58,538 nucleotides of DNA from an uncultured virus (IMG/VR IMGVR_UViG_3300028591_000120) (IMGVR_UViG_3300028591_000120), one strand, 5' to 3'. Shown: positions 30,068 through 40,498, numbered from the stretch's first letter. Translations and numbers: made by a program. Notes: generated by a model not told the origin, from the sequence alone.

Positions 30068-32158
30068 TCATTTGCATCCAAAAACCTTTTTGAAAATCTC
30101 ATTGTACTTGTCAACATCTTCCTCAACGGCAGTAACAACATTCTCAGAAGTAGAAACAGCTTCCTCCGTAACCTCTGCAAACTTCTTTGGCTTGATGTAC
30201 TCGTCAAGGTTAATGTTCAGCTTTTTGGCAAGTGCACGGTCCTTTTCACGAATCTCCAAGTCCGGACGCTGACCAAGAGCCTTAATTGCATCAATGTTCT
30301 TCTTGCGTATGGCGTTTCCAAGCGCTGCCCACTCAATATCATTGACATGGTTCACATCTATCTTAGGATTCTTTGCCAACTTTTCAACAAGCCATGCCAT
30401 GTTCTTGTTGGTGCAAGCGATATTAATCAACGTGTCTTCGTTCCAATCAACGTAGTTCAAATCGAACTTACCACTATCAATAAGCAATGTTATCAGCTCC
30501 CTAACGCACTCTTCGTCCTTTGCCTCCAGTGTATGCGTCTTGTCAAGATAATAGGTATACAAAAAATTCTGAAGCAATGACTCACTAAAGCCGTCATCTA
30601 CATTGCAATCAAAGTTCTTGTTGGCGATTATCTTTCCAACAACCTTGTACATCTTTTTATCAATAGCACTGAAAATAGGACGTTTGTCGTTAAACTCGAA
30701 GTTTACGTCAATTTCAGGCTCTTTATCAATTAAAGCGCAAGCCCCCTCTGAATCGCCTTCGTCTATTAACTTGTGAAGCAAAATGCTGGGGTCAACCTTT
30801 TCCTTAGACAAATACTCTTCCCTACTGATACCAATATTAGAAAGATAATGCTCATCCTTAATATTAGCGCCATATGTGTTATAGACCTGATTTAATGTAT
30901 CAATCTTATATGTGTCTTTCACATAATATATTAAAACAGTAGAGTTATCGTCTGTATCTTTAAGGTTAAAGTCAAATAATATATAACACTTTGTGCTATT
31001 ATTAATTGGCATATTGTTTACCTTTATGTATGTGTGTGATAACATTGAAGCCATAATAGAGTTGTCCATCACATTCACAATAACCCTGTTATTTTTATTA
31101 TATGCAGTAAACACAGTTTTATTATGCTTATCCACATACTTGAAGAAGTCTTTGATGTTCCACTTAAATGAGCTATTCTTCTTCAATGGCAAGAATAAAC
31201 CAAGGCCCACACCAGCATCTTTCAGTGCCGTTTGGATGTTAACCTGCTTTCCGTGGTATGTTATGCCGTTATTCAGCAAACACGCATCACTGTTTGAATG
31301 CGCATTGGTAATACCATCAGTCTTAGATACCGTGAACGCAATGTGAGCAAGTTCATCGGGTTCTGGCTTGGCAAAGTCAAAAAAGAAATACTGCTTCCTA
31401 TTTTTGCTAACCACGTAGTTATCCCACTGGCTATCAGAAGAAGTGATGCACCACTTTGTTCTGCCATAGCACAGAGTGTTTGAATCCTTGTAGCTCTTAA
31501 CCTCAAGTACAACAATATTGCCATCGTTAAAAATAACATCGCAATCATTAGTGTTGTTGGCCACAAATGACATCAAGTCTTCTTTGTTCCAACAATACTT
31601 TTCTTTAAGAGCGCATTCAAGAAGCGATTTTATTCTCGCAACATCACGCTCAGGAGACATTCTAGTAATAACTTTTGACTTGGTGGAACCAGACAAACGG
31701 CTAAACTTCAAGAACAAGTCAAACCATGTTAAAAAAGTTTTATTGGCATTACAAGTTATACCATTAAATGAGTCTGGCTTAATGTACTCAGAAAGCAGTT
31801 TGCGCTGACTCGTGTTAAAACAGCTAATGATGCTTTTAACAAAAGATATTTTTGACAAGCCTTCCATTTCCTCTCTAAGCTGTGCAACATCAGCATGGCT
31901 TGAGTAGCAAATGATATTTCCGTTCTTGGTTAATTGCTTAACCAGACTCTTATTATCAGTTATCCACTGCTTAATAGCTTCAAGCTCTTCGATTTTGGCT
32001 GTTTTGCCAAACACCATTTTTACGCCCCATAGCTGGTAGCTTGGCTGTCCGTCAAACATTTGAATGATTCTTGCAAAGGTTGTGTTTGTTTCAGCGTTAA
32101 TAGCATATTTATCAATTAAAGGCTGAATTTGCTTTTTAGAATAATTAAGTTCTGACAT
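30068..32158 (-). CDS. WCI-motif domain plus C-terminal ankyrin-like repeats
   Basis: TKWCIT domain; DVN.....PI..AI and DVNHVN....AL..AI repeats; start moved to MSEL downstream of the promoter at ~32188. Confidence 0.75.
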   Translation of the reverse strand: MSELNYSKKQIQPLIDKYAINAETNTTFARIIQMFDGQPSYQLWGVKMVFGKTAKIEELEAIKQWITDNKSLVKQLTKNGNIICYSSHADVAQLREEMEGLSKISFVKSIISCFNTSQRKLLSEYIKPDSFNGITCNANKTFLTWFDLFLKFSRLSGSTKSKVITRMSPERDVARIKSLLECALKEKYCWNKEDLMSFVANNTNDCDVIFNDGNIVVLEVKSYKDSNTLCYGRTKWCITSSDSQWDNYVVSKNRKQYFFFDFAKPEPDELAHIAFTVSKTDGITNAHSNSDACLLNNGITYHGKQVNIQTALKDAGVGLGLFLPLKKNSSFKWNIKDFFKYVDKHNKTVFTAYNKNNRVIVNVMDNSIMASMLSHTYIKVNNMPINNSTKCYILFDFNLKDTDDNSTVLIYYVKDTYKIDTLNQVYNTYGANIKDEHYLSNIGISREEYLSKEKVDPSILLHKLIDEGDSEGACALIDKEPEIDVNFEFNDKRPIFSAIDKKMYKVVGKIIANKNFDCNVDDGFSESLLQNFLYTYYLDKTHTLEAKDEECVRELITLLIDSGKFDLNYVDWNEDTLINIACTNKNMAWLVEKLAKNPKIDVNHVNDIEWAALGNAIRKKNIDAIKALGQRPDLEIREKDRALAKKLNINLDEYIKPKKFAEVTEEAVSTSENVVTAVEEDVDKYNEIFKKVFGCK

Positions 32159-32263
32159 TTTATTAATTTTTTTATAATTCGACTGATGCAAATATACAAA
32201 AACAAATTAAGATAAAAAAAAATATTATGTTAATAAACTTTAAAACATAAGGCCATAACTATT

Positions 32264-34708
32264 TTATGGCCTCATAAGTTTTTTCACACGCCTTGCAGAA
32301 TGGGCAACAGCTTCTTCATTCATGCCACTAAACTCATAGAAGCCATTATCGTTCTTCACCCAAAGTTCTGTAAGTTTTGATGTAAACTTTCCTCCACTTG
32401 CCTTTTTGATGGCATTAATCACGCAAACACTTGCAGTGTTAGAAGCATATGAAGTAATCATTTTCTCAGTCTCGAAAGACCTGGTTTTACCAATTATAAT
32501 AGTCAAAACCAAATCAAACAAATCGCACCTAAAGCCATGCTCACGTATAAATTGTGACAATTTATAGAACACTTTTTCCTCTTTTTCATGCTCAAGTATA
32601 TCAATAAGCATAGTGAAGAAGCCGATTCTAATTGCGTCCCTTCTACTTGTTATTTTGCCTTCTTTGAATTGTAGAATCTCTTCTCCAGTTGGAACTTTAA
32701 AAGAGTGCAAGTTGGGGCCAAATTCGCCATTTAACGTGTATATGATGTTTTGCGTGATGTCATTTACACCTTTCAGGCCAATCACCTCAAATAACGTAAG
32801 GCCGTTTTCGTAGAAAAGGTTAATGTAGTCTAACGAATTTAATGTGAAACACACAGTTTTAATGTATTGCAGCACATATTGTGACTTTTCGCCATCCAAC
32901 AAATCTTCTATAACCTTTTTGTTCTTTATTAACTCCTTGGCATTAGACAATTCAAAATTAAAAAGAGAAACATAAAAACGCTCCACCACATTATTTGTTC
33001 TGCAAATAATATCGTATGGCAGTTTATATTCTTCCAGCTTAGAATCAAATGATTTTGCTATGGCATCACAATGTTCGTTATATAACCTATTACACGTGCT
33101 TTCGTGAGTGTTAAGGCTATTATTGATAATGCCAAAGATTATTCTTTCAGGGTCTGTGGGCTTTTTTGTAAAATCCGCAAATATTATAACATTTGTGTTT
33201 TCATTAAGGCTATTGCTCATGTTATACAAAAAGCGGTCGCCCAAAAAATATTTTATATCGTTACTTTCAGCAATGAAAGCAAGTTTATCACCCTCATCGG
33301 CAATTATGTAATAGTCGTAAGCATTAATGCACTGCAATAGATAATCAAACATGGAGTCACGATTCCATTCATATCGACTGGGCTCGTATGTTATGATGTC
33401 TGACATGCTAATGCCGTCCTTATCAAGAATGCCATAAATATTATCGCAGTTTATGAAATTAGCAATAAACGATTTTATTTCGTTGATTTGCATAGTTCTT
33501 CTGCCAGTTATCAGATTTTTATTCTGAAAATCATGGGCATTTGTGATTCCCTTGTCTGGGACTGCCGTAAAGCCAACAATAGATAAATTATCGTCCTCAT
33601 TTCTAGAAAAATCAAATATTACATACTGTGTGGCATTGCGCTTAGACTCCACATATTCAATCCAATACTTTTTATCTTTAGAGATACACCAATTGGTTGC
33701 TTTAGCCAAACGCTTCACAGCCTCATAATCTCTAACCTTAAGCAAAACGATATTGTCTTTGTCCATGACAACCTCGCAATTGAAATGGTCAGAGTTTGAA
33801 ATATAATCAAGAAGCGATTGTTTGTTCCATTCAAAATGAATGTCTGCCAAGAAAGACATTTGCTTGAGAATTTCTCTAGCATCATCAATGGTTGACATCT
33901 TTTTTATGAAATTTATCTTCTTTTTATAAGATAGTGCCCCAAATTTAGACAGGGTTTCGTAGTCCTTTTCTGTTAGTTCTACAGCCTTGAGCGCCTTTTT
34001 CTGAGCAGTATTAAACATGCTAATGGTGTCATTCGCCCTTTTTTCCCTTCTGAGTATTGTTATCTCCGTAGACAGAACATTAAAATCAGCGCTATTTGTA
34101 TAGGCAGTAATAGTGCCCTTCTTTAGCTTTTTGACTAATTGTCCGTAGCCGTCATTCCACCTAAGAACTCTTTCAATGAAAAATATTGAGGCCTTGTTCT
34201 TAAACATTGCATATACTGCCCACGAATAAAAGTTTTTAGAACCAGATGAAATGGCATATATCCACTTAGACATTGCTGATTCTTTAGGCAGATACTTATT
34301 AGACTGTTCCATCTGCTTTTTGTTGGCCGCAATAAACTCGTTGAATTTTTCATCAAAGTCCTGTGGCAATATTATCTTATCATAAAATAACATGCCCTCT
34401 TCATTAAACCTATCCTTATTTAGTGGGATAACATACATTGAGCCATATTTGGACATCAATTCATTAAACAGCGTTCCCTTTGGTCCGTCAATGATACGAG
34501 GTTTAACATTTGAATAACAGTCGTTAAAGATAATAATATAGTCAGCATCATTTGACATAAAAGGATTGGGCAATTCGTTTTTGGAAACGTAAATCGATTT
34601 ACCATATCCTATGCAATATATGTCATGTTTGAATAAAAAGTCTACTTCTCCTAAAGTTTTAACCATTCTTATGAAATGATGAAAACCTCTAATTTTTGCT
34701 CCTATCAT
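32264..34708 (-). CDS. large WCI-motif protein (paralog of 30068..32158)
   Basis: FNT.Q.K.L, WNK..L...I.N...C.V....NIV.L.V..Y and TNWCIS shared with its neighbour. Confidence 0.7.
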   Translation of the reverse strand: MIGAKIRGFHHFIRMVKTLGEVDFLFKHDIYCIGYGKSIYVSKNELPNPFMSNDADYIIIFNDCYSNVKPRIIDGPKGTLFNELMSKYGSMYVIPLNKDRFNEEGMLFYDKIILPQDFDEKFNEFIAANKKQMEQSNKYLPKESAMSKWIYAISSGSKNFYSWAVYAMFKNKASIFFIERVLRWNDGYGQLVKKLKKGTITAYTNSADFNVLSTEITILRREKRANDTISMFNTAQKKALKAVELTEKDYETLSKFGALSYKKKINFIKKMSTIDDAREILKQMSFLADIHFEWNKQSLLDYISNSDHFNCEVVMDKDNIVLLKVRDYEAVKRLAKATNWCISKDKKYWIEYVESKRNATQYVIFDFSRNEDDNLSIVGFTAVPDKGITNAHDFQNKNLITGRRTMQINEIKSFIANFINCDNIYGILDKDGISMSDIITYEPSRYEWNRDSMFDYLLQCINAYDYYIIADEGDKLAFIAESNDIKYFLGDRFLYNMSNSLNENTNVIIFADFTKKPTDPERIIFGIINNSLNTHESTCNRLYNEHCDAIAKSFDSKLEEYKLPYDIICRTNNVVERFYVSLFNFELSNAKELIKNKKVIEDLLDGEKSQYVLQYIKTVCFTLNSLDYINLFYENGLTLFEVIGLKGVNDITQNIIYTLNGEFGPNLHSFKVPTGEEILQFKEGKITSRRDAIRIGFFTMLIDILEHEKEEKVFYKLSQFIREHGFRCDLFDLVLTIIIGKTRSFETEKMITSYASNTASVCVINAIKKASGGKFTSKLTELWVKNDNGFYEFSGMNEEAVAHSARRVKKLMRP

Positions 34709-34721
34709 AATTTTAATTGAT

Positions 34722-36119
34722 TTAGAAAGTTATTGCTTTACTAAACACACTGGTAAGTTCTTTCTTAATGTCGATTCCAAACGTGGAGAAATCAATTCCG
34801 GCTTCACGGAACTTGTCTTTAATGGCGTCCTCAATGGTGTCGCACTTCTTTTCAATATCTTCTTTAAGCCCCTTGATGTAATCATCATATGTGTCAACCA
34901 TGTACTGTATGGTTTCCTCATTAACGCTATTTTCATCGGGCTTATTCTCTACCTTTCCATCAGAACGATTAGTACCAGTGTTGTTAGAGCTATTGCCACT
35001 ATTAGTGTTATAGTTTCCGCCACCATAATAGTTAGAGGACACATATCCAAACAGCTTTTCGCACTCACGCTCATCTTCATATGATGCTGCGACGCCACCA
35101 GTTGAGGTTCTATCATATGTGTATGATTTCTTGGCAATCTTAAACTGCTCCTTGTTTCCTATGCTATTGATGATGTCCAAACCCATTCCGGCGGCATGGT
35201 CAACATGCTCAATAATAAGGTATTCATTTGATGCGTGGGCGTTATAGCCTCCATTACCAAAGTTCATACACACGATGCCTGTTTTCTCGACAATGTTAAC
35301 CACGTCAGTAAAAGGCTCTGAATGGAAGCACTTGTCGCTAAATCCCCACTTGTCTGTTACTGGCTTTAAGTGGTTCTTATAGAAGTCAGCGGTAAACAGC
35401 TGAGTACCTGAGCATCTCCATGCTGCACGTAACAAATCTGGTGAATCCCAACCTATAACATAAGCAACATCGTTAAAGAAGTCCTTATTAAGCTCCTTGC
35501 TTCCCATCATGCCAATCTCTTCTTCCACGAAGAATGCGGCCTTAATCTTATCGACCCTTGACATTAGCTGCAAAGAAATGTACACACCAAGTTTATCGTC
35601 TGCGCCAATACCCTGTCCGTCTATGAATATTTCGTGGCGATATGTGTCAGAATTTGTGTTTTGAATACGTCTTGTACGAAGAGGAAGCTCTGCGCCTGCT
35701 AATGCATAAGGCTTGGCTTTATCTTGTACCGTGTCCATATGCGAAGTTACGCAAGGATAGAATTCGCCCTCTGCAAGTTCGCCCTTTGTCAAATACAAAT
35801 TTCCTTTCTTATCAAAATCATATTTGATGTTATTTCTCCGTGCCCACAACATAATATAAGAAGCCATTCTAAACTCATATTTGCTGCATGAAGGAACTTG
35901 CATTGTTTCATAAAGCTCCTTTACGTTGATGTGCTTATATGGAAGGCTTGCTATATATTCCCTTGCTTCTGACTCAGTTGTGGGATGCTTTACAGCAGTT
36001 TCTTTATTCTCATTTTGACCGTTAAGAATTTCACCAGTAGCCGTATCTACAGTGTCACCATTTATATTTTTAACGTCTTTGTTTTCAGCATTTGCTGTGT
36101 TTTTTTGTGAGTTATTCAT
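34722..36119 (-). CDS. M20/M28-family Zn peptidase-like protein
   Basis: SHMDTV, GADDKLG, VEEEIG..GS and GYNAH metal-binding motifs. Confidence 0.85.
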   Translation of the reverse strand: MNNSQKNTANAENKDVKNINGDTVDTATGEILNGQNENKETAVKHPTTESEAREYIASLPYKHINVKELYETMQVPSCSKYEFRMASYIMLWARRNNIKYDFDKKGNLYLTKGELAEGEFYPCVTSHMDTVQDKAKPYALAGAELPLRTRRIQNTNSDTYRHEIFIDGQGIGADDKLGVYISLQLMSRVDKIKAAFFVEEEIGMMGSKELNKDFFNDVAYVIGWDSPDLLRAAWRCSGTQLFTADFYKNHLKPVTDKWGFSDKCFHSEPFTDVVNIVEKTGIVCMNFGNGGYNAHASNEYLIIEHVDHAAGMGLDIINSIGNKEQFKIAKKSYTYDRTSTGGVAASYEDERECEKLFGYVSSNYYGGGNYNTNSGNSSNNTGTNRSDGKVENKPDENSVNEETIQYMVDTYDDYIKGLKEDIEKKCDTIEDAIKDKFREAGIDFSTFGIDIKKELTSVFSKAITF

Positions 36120-36219
36120 TTTTTATGTTAATTAAATTAGGGAATAATATGCTTGTTAAAATTATTTTTGTTGCAAATATACAAAACATAAACAACTTAA
36201 ACAAATATTTTAATATTTT

Positions 36220-36573
36220 TTAACGTATTTCTAATTCTCCTATGATTTCCGTCTCCTTTTTGCCATTATTAAAATAAAAAGATGATAACATCATTTTAGA
36301 ATAAAGGCTACTATCATTTACAATAATTTTTAACATTGTTTCTGGAAGGATTTCTTTAGTAATTCCATGAAGGGTTTCTACAATGATGCCCTCTTTGTCA
36401 AATAGCGCCAACTCATAAGAAAGCTTTTTATTTTGTTCATTCTTGCTAAACCAGGTTTCAGACAATGAAATGCAGTTTATTGCAATGTTTTTTAACGTTT
36501 CATGGCCATAAGTCGAAGATGACCCATAAATTTCTTCCCACTTTTTGAGTAAATCGTTAATTTTTTTATCCAT
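36220..36573 (-). CDS. hypothetical protein
   Basis: Likely start MDKKIN at 36573. Confidence 0.55.
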   Translation of the reverse strand: MDKKINDLLKKWEEIYGSSSTYGHETLKNIAINCISLSETWFSKNEQNKKLSYELALFDKEGIIVETLHGITKEILPETMLKIIVNDSSLYSKMMLSSFYFNNGKKETEIIGELEIR

Positions 36574-36586
36574 ATTTATTAATTTT

Positions 36587-36832
36587 TTATTCCAAAATAA
36601 CACATTTAGCAATTGGTACACCTTTTAATGCTGGAGCAATTTGAACTCTTAACTCTCCCTTTTTGCCTACAATAACTTTTTTAACGCAATCTGTATCTTT
36701 GTTTACAACATCAACACCAATTTTATATCCCATTTTCTCCAAAACATCAATCCTTGCTTCAATGTCAAAAACATGGTCTATAAAATATCCTATATCTTTA
36801 ATGTCTCTAGAAAAATCCTTTTTGCTTTTCAC
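36587..36832 (-). CDS. hypothetical protein
   Basis: ORF overlapping the upstream stop. Confidence 0.55.
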   Translation of the reverse strand: MKSKKDFSRDIKDIGYFIDHVFDIEARIDVLEKMGYKIGVDVVNKDTDCVKKVIVGKKGELRVQIAPALKGVPIAKCVILE

Positions 36833-37170
36833 TTTGTAACATAATTAAGAAGCTTTTTTTTGTCACATGATGGTAATTTATACCATTTACTTGCAAATGT
36901 GGTTAAATTTAATTCTTTCATTAACTTAGTCTTAGATAAATTGGGAAGAGAATCATATAATCTAATCAGTTCGCCTTTGACTAATATACCTCTTTGCAAA
37001 TCTGACAGCAAATCAAAATTTTGCTCCCATTCATTTATTTGTATTCCAATTTTTCTTGCAAAATGATTGTATTTCAAAGCAATACTATGCCTTTCTTGCG
37101 GGCTTTTACAGTCCCACCTTATTTTTGCTCTCTGATGTATATCAGATTTGGTAATTATAGGTTTATCCAT
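36829..37170 (-). CDS. hypothetical protein
   Basis: Likely start MDKPII downstream of the promoter at ~37192. Confidence 0.6.
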   Translation of the reverse strand: MDKPIITKSDIHQRAKIRWDCKSPQERHSIALKYNHFARKIGIQINEWEQNFDLLSDLQRGILVKGELIRLYDSLPNLSKTKLMKELNLTTFASKWYKLPSCDKKKLLNYVTK

Positions 37171-37270
37171 AATATTTTTATATATCACTGTGCAAAGGTA
37201 CAAAAAAAACATGGAATAAACAAATATTCCATGTTAAATTTTGTTAAATCAATTAACTATGATTGTTTTT

Positions 37271-37444
37271 TTACTCAGCAACCACAGAATCTACGGCTAC
37301 GTTAGCCTCAACTACCTCAACATTCTTAGTGGTGTCAACAGCTGTTGAATCAGCAGACTTACCATTTGCATCCGTACCAGCGCCACCACATGAAGCTACG
37401 GTCATAGCGACAAAAGCCGCAAACATGAATACTAATTTTTTCAT
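37271..37444 (-). CDS. small lipoprotein (57 aa; not in ORF track)
   Basis: MKKLVFMFAAFVAMTVASC-GGAGTDANGKSADSTAVDTT...; signal peptide II with lipobox VASC; own promoter at ~37495. Confidence 0.75.
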   Translation of the reverse strand: MKKLVFMFAAFVAMTVASCGGAGTDANGKSADSTAVDTTKNVEVVEANVAVDSVVAE

Positions 37445-37586
37445 CTTGTTTAAATTTTAAGTTAAAATTAATTTTTAAGTTTATTAAAATCTTTGCAAAT
37501 ATACAAATAAATATGATAAAACAAAAGAAAATTGCTCTTTTTTTATATGCTACATCTGTTATTTTGATGTAAATCAAGATATTTAA

Positions 37587-38153
37587 CTATATCAATTGCA
37601 TCTGCCTTGCAACTTCAACAATTAAAGTCTTATGCCCAAAAGCCCACTGATACTTATCTATCTCATTCAGTGGAATCCACTTTATTTTCCCAACCTCATT
37701 TTTCTCACTCCGCTTCCTTGAGAATTTTGATAAACGCTCGATAACATTTTCTGGGTCGTAAGCGCCAAACCTAAAGGTAATGTTTTGATGATTGGCCTTC
37801 ACTGGGTCATCCTCATAAGAAATGAACTTAATTGCCTCTTCGGATATCCCAATGCCCGTTTCCTCTAGCATCTCCCTTGCAGCACATTGCCTGGTTGTTT
37901 CATTATGATCGAGATATCCGCAAGGGCAATTCCATAACCCATTAAAATCAGCAGCTCCCTTTCCTCTTTCTGAAGCCAATACATGCAACGTGCCGTTTTT
38001 ATCTCTGCAAAAGAAAAATATTGCGGTTGCCACTGAGCGGCTATACCATCCTAAAAATTTTCCATTTTTATCATAGCAAGGTTGATTAACTGTAGCAAAG
38101 TTTTGCTTTTCGCCTTTTTTTGCTAATAAATGTTTAAATAAGTTCTTAATCAT
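37587..38153 (-). CDS. Nudix hydrolase (possibly ADP-ribose pyrophosphatase)
   Basis: Nudix box GYLDHNETTRQCAAREMLEETGI; C-terminal WAFGH. Confidence 0.88.
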   Translation of the reverse strand: MIKNLFKHLLAKKGEKQNFATVNQPCYDKNGKFLGWYSRSVATAIFFFCRDKNGTLHVLASERGKGAADFNGLWNCPCGYLDHNETTRQCAAREMLEETGIGISEEAIKFISYEDDPVKANHQNITFRFGAYDPENVIERLSKFSRKRSEKNEVGKIKWIPLNEIDKYQWAFGHKTLIVEVARQMQLI

Positions 38154-38418
38154 TTTTATTTAAATAATTTTTTAAGTAATAATCACTATAAGCACGAAAA
38201 ATATCTCCCCAATGATGGTTTCCTAGCCTACTATCTGCCCATCCAATAAGAGCCAATATTATACGATTTGAAGTGCTCAATCTTTTAATTTCGGCCAAAT
38301 ATGGTTCATTTCTTCTTCTATATGGCTGATTTCTTATTTCGTAGCAGAAATCGCTAAACAATCCATTTTCTTTTAGATACCGTATGAAGAAGTTATGTTC
38401 TTTCTGCGTCATAAACAA
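38146..38418 (-). CDS. small paralog-family protein
   Basis: FFIRYLKENG...W.....HW pattern. Confidence 0.6.
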   Translation of the reverse strand: MFMTQKEHNFFIRYLKENGLFSDFCYEIRNQPYRRRNEPYLAEIKRLSTSNRIILALIGWADSRLGNHHWGDIFRAYSDYYLKNYLNKND

Positions 38419-39169
38419 ACAGTTTTTCTATTTTTGTCTTTTGTTTGCAACCGCATTTGGTTGTTCCCATTCCATCTTTTCTTTCCAATGACCAAATGCA
38501 TTTGAAGTCATCTGGCGCTTCATATTCAGATACAAATATTTTTATCCCCAAGCGTGAATAATTCCTGACAATATCCCAAAACTCATCATTGTTGAATTTT
38601 TTGCTTTTATAACCCTTTGTTCCTTTATATGGAGGGTCACAATATATGACTACATTTTTATTCTTTCCTAAAGACGTTTCAACATGAAATGCTGTTTTAT
38701 AATCTCCGCATACAAAATGCGTACACGATAAGTTTTTAAAATTATGAACTTGCTTTATAAAGCCATTATATGCTTCTAATATATGATTTTCATTTCTTTT
38801 TTCACTGATTTTTGCATAGCCATTAAACCATGCCGAACCATAAGAGCACGAATTGCCAGCATAACCAATTAACCAAACCGGATATTTGGTAGAGCAGGTA
38901 TTATGCTTTGCAATCTCTTTCATTTCATTATATTCTCGCTCAGATATTTCTTTTGGAATATTGCATAATAGGCCCATTCGCATGGCATTCCATAGCCCTA
39001 TGACATAGTGGTTATTGTCATAACCAACTTTATTGTTCCAATCCACTTTATCCATAAGATTGCAACCACCAACAAATGGCTCAATATATTTATATCCTTC
39101 TTTTAATTCCTTCATAATGAAAGGAATAATATGTTTTGCTATTTTTGCTTTGCTTCCACTATATCTCAT
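38393..39169 (-). CDS. Dam-like (D12 class) DNA adenine methyltransferase
   Basis: RYSGSK, YIEPFVGG, IYCDPPY and FVSEY motifs. Confidence 0.9.
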   Translation of the reverse strand: MRYSGSKAKIAKHIIPFIMKELKEGYKYIEPFVGGCNLMDKVDWNNKVGYDNNHYVIGLWNAMRMGLLCNIPKEISEREYNEMKEIAKHNTCSTKYPVWLIGYAGNSCSYGSAWFNGYAKISEKRNENHILEAYNGFIKQVHNFKNLSCTHFVCGDYKTAFHVETSLGKNKNVVIYCDPPYKGTKGYKSKKFNNDEFWDIVRNYSRLGIKIFVSEYEAPDDFKCIWSLERKDGMGTTKCGCKQKTKIEKLFVYDAERT

Positions 39170-39446
39170 TTTCTATATATGTGCTTGCTCTTTTTAATGA
39201 TTCATCAAAATCAATTATTTGGTAGTGATAGTCCAGCCATACCCAGTGCAAATCACACCACATCGTTGCGTTACTACCTACCCATTTAAACGCACAGGCC
39301 ATATAGCGTGACGGAGTGGTTTTAGTTAAAAAGTTTTTTACAGTCAACTGTTTATTTTCTTCATCATTTTGATAGCAGTGTAGCCAATAACTCCATACGC
39401 CAAGTTCTTTTAACCATCTGATGAATTTTTTTGAACCATTTTTCAT
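39159..39446 (-). CDS. small paralog-family protein
   Basis: KKFIRWLKELG...AF.W.....W..L...W..Y; paralog of 40129..40425. Confidence 0.65.
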   Translation of the reverse strand: MKNGSKKFIRWLKELGVWSYWLHCYQNDEENKQLTVKNFLTKTTPSRYMACAFKWVGSNATMWCDLHWVWLDYHYQIIDFDESLKRASTYIENEI

Positions 39447-39498
39447 TTCAATCTATTAAAATATGCTTCTACTTGCTCTATAGATGCCTTAAAACTAA

Positions 39499-39658
39499 TT
39501 ATTTCTTGCTTCAACCTATCACTACTCTTTCGGTGGTAAACCACGTTCATCCATAGTTGGACAGTCCACAAGCGTAAATTCGGTAGTACGGCTACCTAAT
39601 TTAGTTTGAGTTCTTGTTCTTTGTTTGGATATAACCTTATCTTAACTGCTCTTAACAT
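39499..39658 (-). mobile_element. Internally deleted tnpB remnant (first 20 codons fused to the 3' end/omegaRNA region)
   Basis: Encodes MLRAVKIRLYPNKEQELKLN, then joins CCGAATTTACGCTTGTGG..CCAACT.TGGATGA matching the 3' end of tnpB at ~45240-45290. Confidence 0.85.
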
Positions 39659-39660
39659 TA

Positions 39661-40014
39661 TTAAATCATATTACTATTTTTATAATTTTCAAATATAACT
39701 TTTTCACCGACATATGCTGTTGACCCACTTCTGCCAAACTCATCTAATATTGTTATACAATAATAATCATTAGGCTCGCCGTCAACAAATCCTGTAATTT
39801 CATATTTCCCAGTTATTACTTTTGGATTAACAAACATAATTTCTTGGTTAATATCATTTCCCTCATCATCCTCCAAATAATGATAATCAATTGTATGTAT
39901 TACATCACCAATAGAAAATTTCATAGGTTTTAACTTTGGCTCAACCAAACGGAAATAGTCTTTTCTATCTCCATAATGAACTTTTAGATATTCTTCTTTT
40001 GAAATTACTTCCAT
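39661..40014 (-). CDS. hypothetical protein
   Basis: 117-aa ORF between the direct repeats. Confidence 0.6.
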   Translation of the reverse strand: MEVISKEEYLKVHYGDRKDYFRLVEPKLKPMKFSIGDVIHTIDYHYLEDDEGNDINQEIMFVNPKVITGKYEITGFVDGEPNDYYCITILDEFGRSGSTAYVGEKVIFENYKNSNMI

Positions 40015-40057
40015 TTTAACTATTTTTAATTTCTTTGCTTTTTTTTCCTTTCTACGT

Positions 40058-40132
40058 TCAGCAGCGTAGCCAATAACTCGATACGCCGGCTTCTTTTAAC
40101 CATCTAGTAAATTTTTTTGAGCCATTTTTCAT
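40058..40132 (-). pseudogene. truncated copy of the 39159..39446 paralog
   Basis: MKNGSKKFTRWLKEAGVSSYWLRC then TGA. Confidence 0.65.
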
Positions 40133-40425
40133 TTAAATCTATTAAAATATGCTTCTACTTGCTCTATAGATGCCTCAAAACTAAGGTACTAAGTACAATA
40201 ATTATACCATAGTCTATTCAACTCAGACCACATTCTTATGTTACCGGGTTCCCACACAAATGCGCTTTCTATATAATTCAATGGGTCAGTGGTATTAAAA
40301 AATTCGATTATTGACTTTTTTTTATAATCATAAGGGGATTTATAGTTTAAATAGCTGTTTAGCCATGTGCTTAACATGCCGGCTTCTTTTAGCCATCTAG
40401 TAAATTTTTTTGCATCGTTTTCCAT
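40129..40425 (-). CDS. small paralog-family protein with an internal TAG (likely Gln)
   Basis: TAG at 40189-40191; read-through adds YLSFEASIEQVEAYFNRFK and ends at a TGA overlapping the next ATG; TAG aligns with Q in the paralog. Confidence 0.7.
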
Positions 40426-40498
40426 TATAATTAATTATTTTCTCATGCAAAGGTACAAAAAAAATACGGAATAAACAAATATTCCGTGTTAATTATTA

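Larger units (their letters stand above)
39374..40184. repeat. ~125-bp imperfect direct repeat (39374-39498 and 40060-40184) flanking a tnpB remnant and one ORF
   Basis: TAGCCAATAACTC...AATCTATTAAAATATGCTTCTACTTGCTCTATAGATGCCT.AAAACTAA present twice. Confidence 0.85.

Noticed and set aside
37359..37589. TAG read-through of the Nudix gene into ORF 37359..37577
   Set aside because: The extension crosses a promoter and overlaps the lipoprotein gene in another frame; TAG more likely acts as a stop here.
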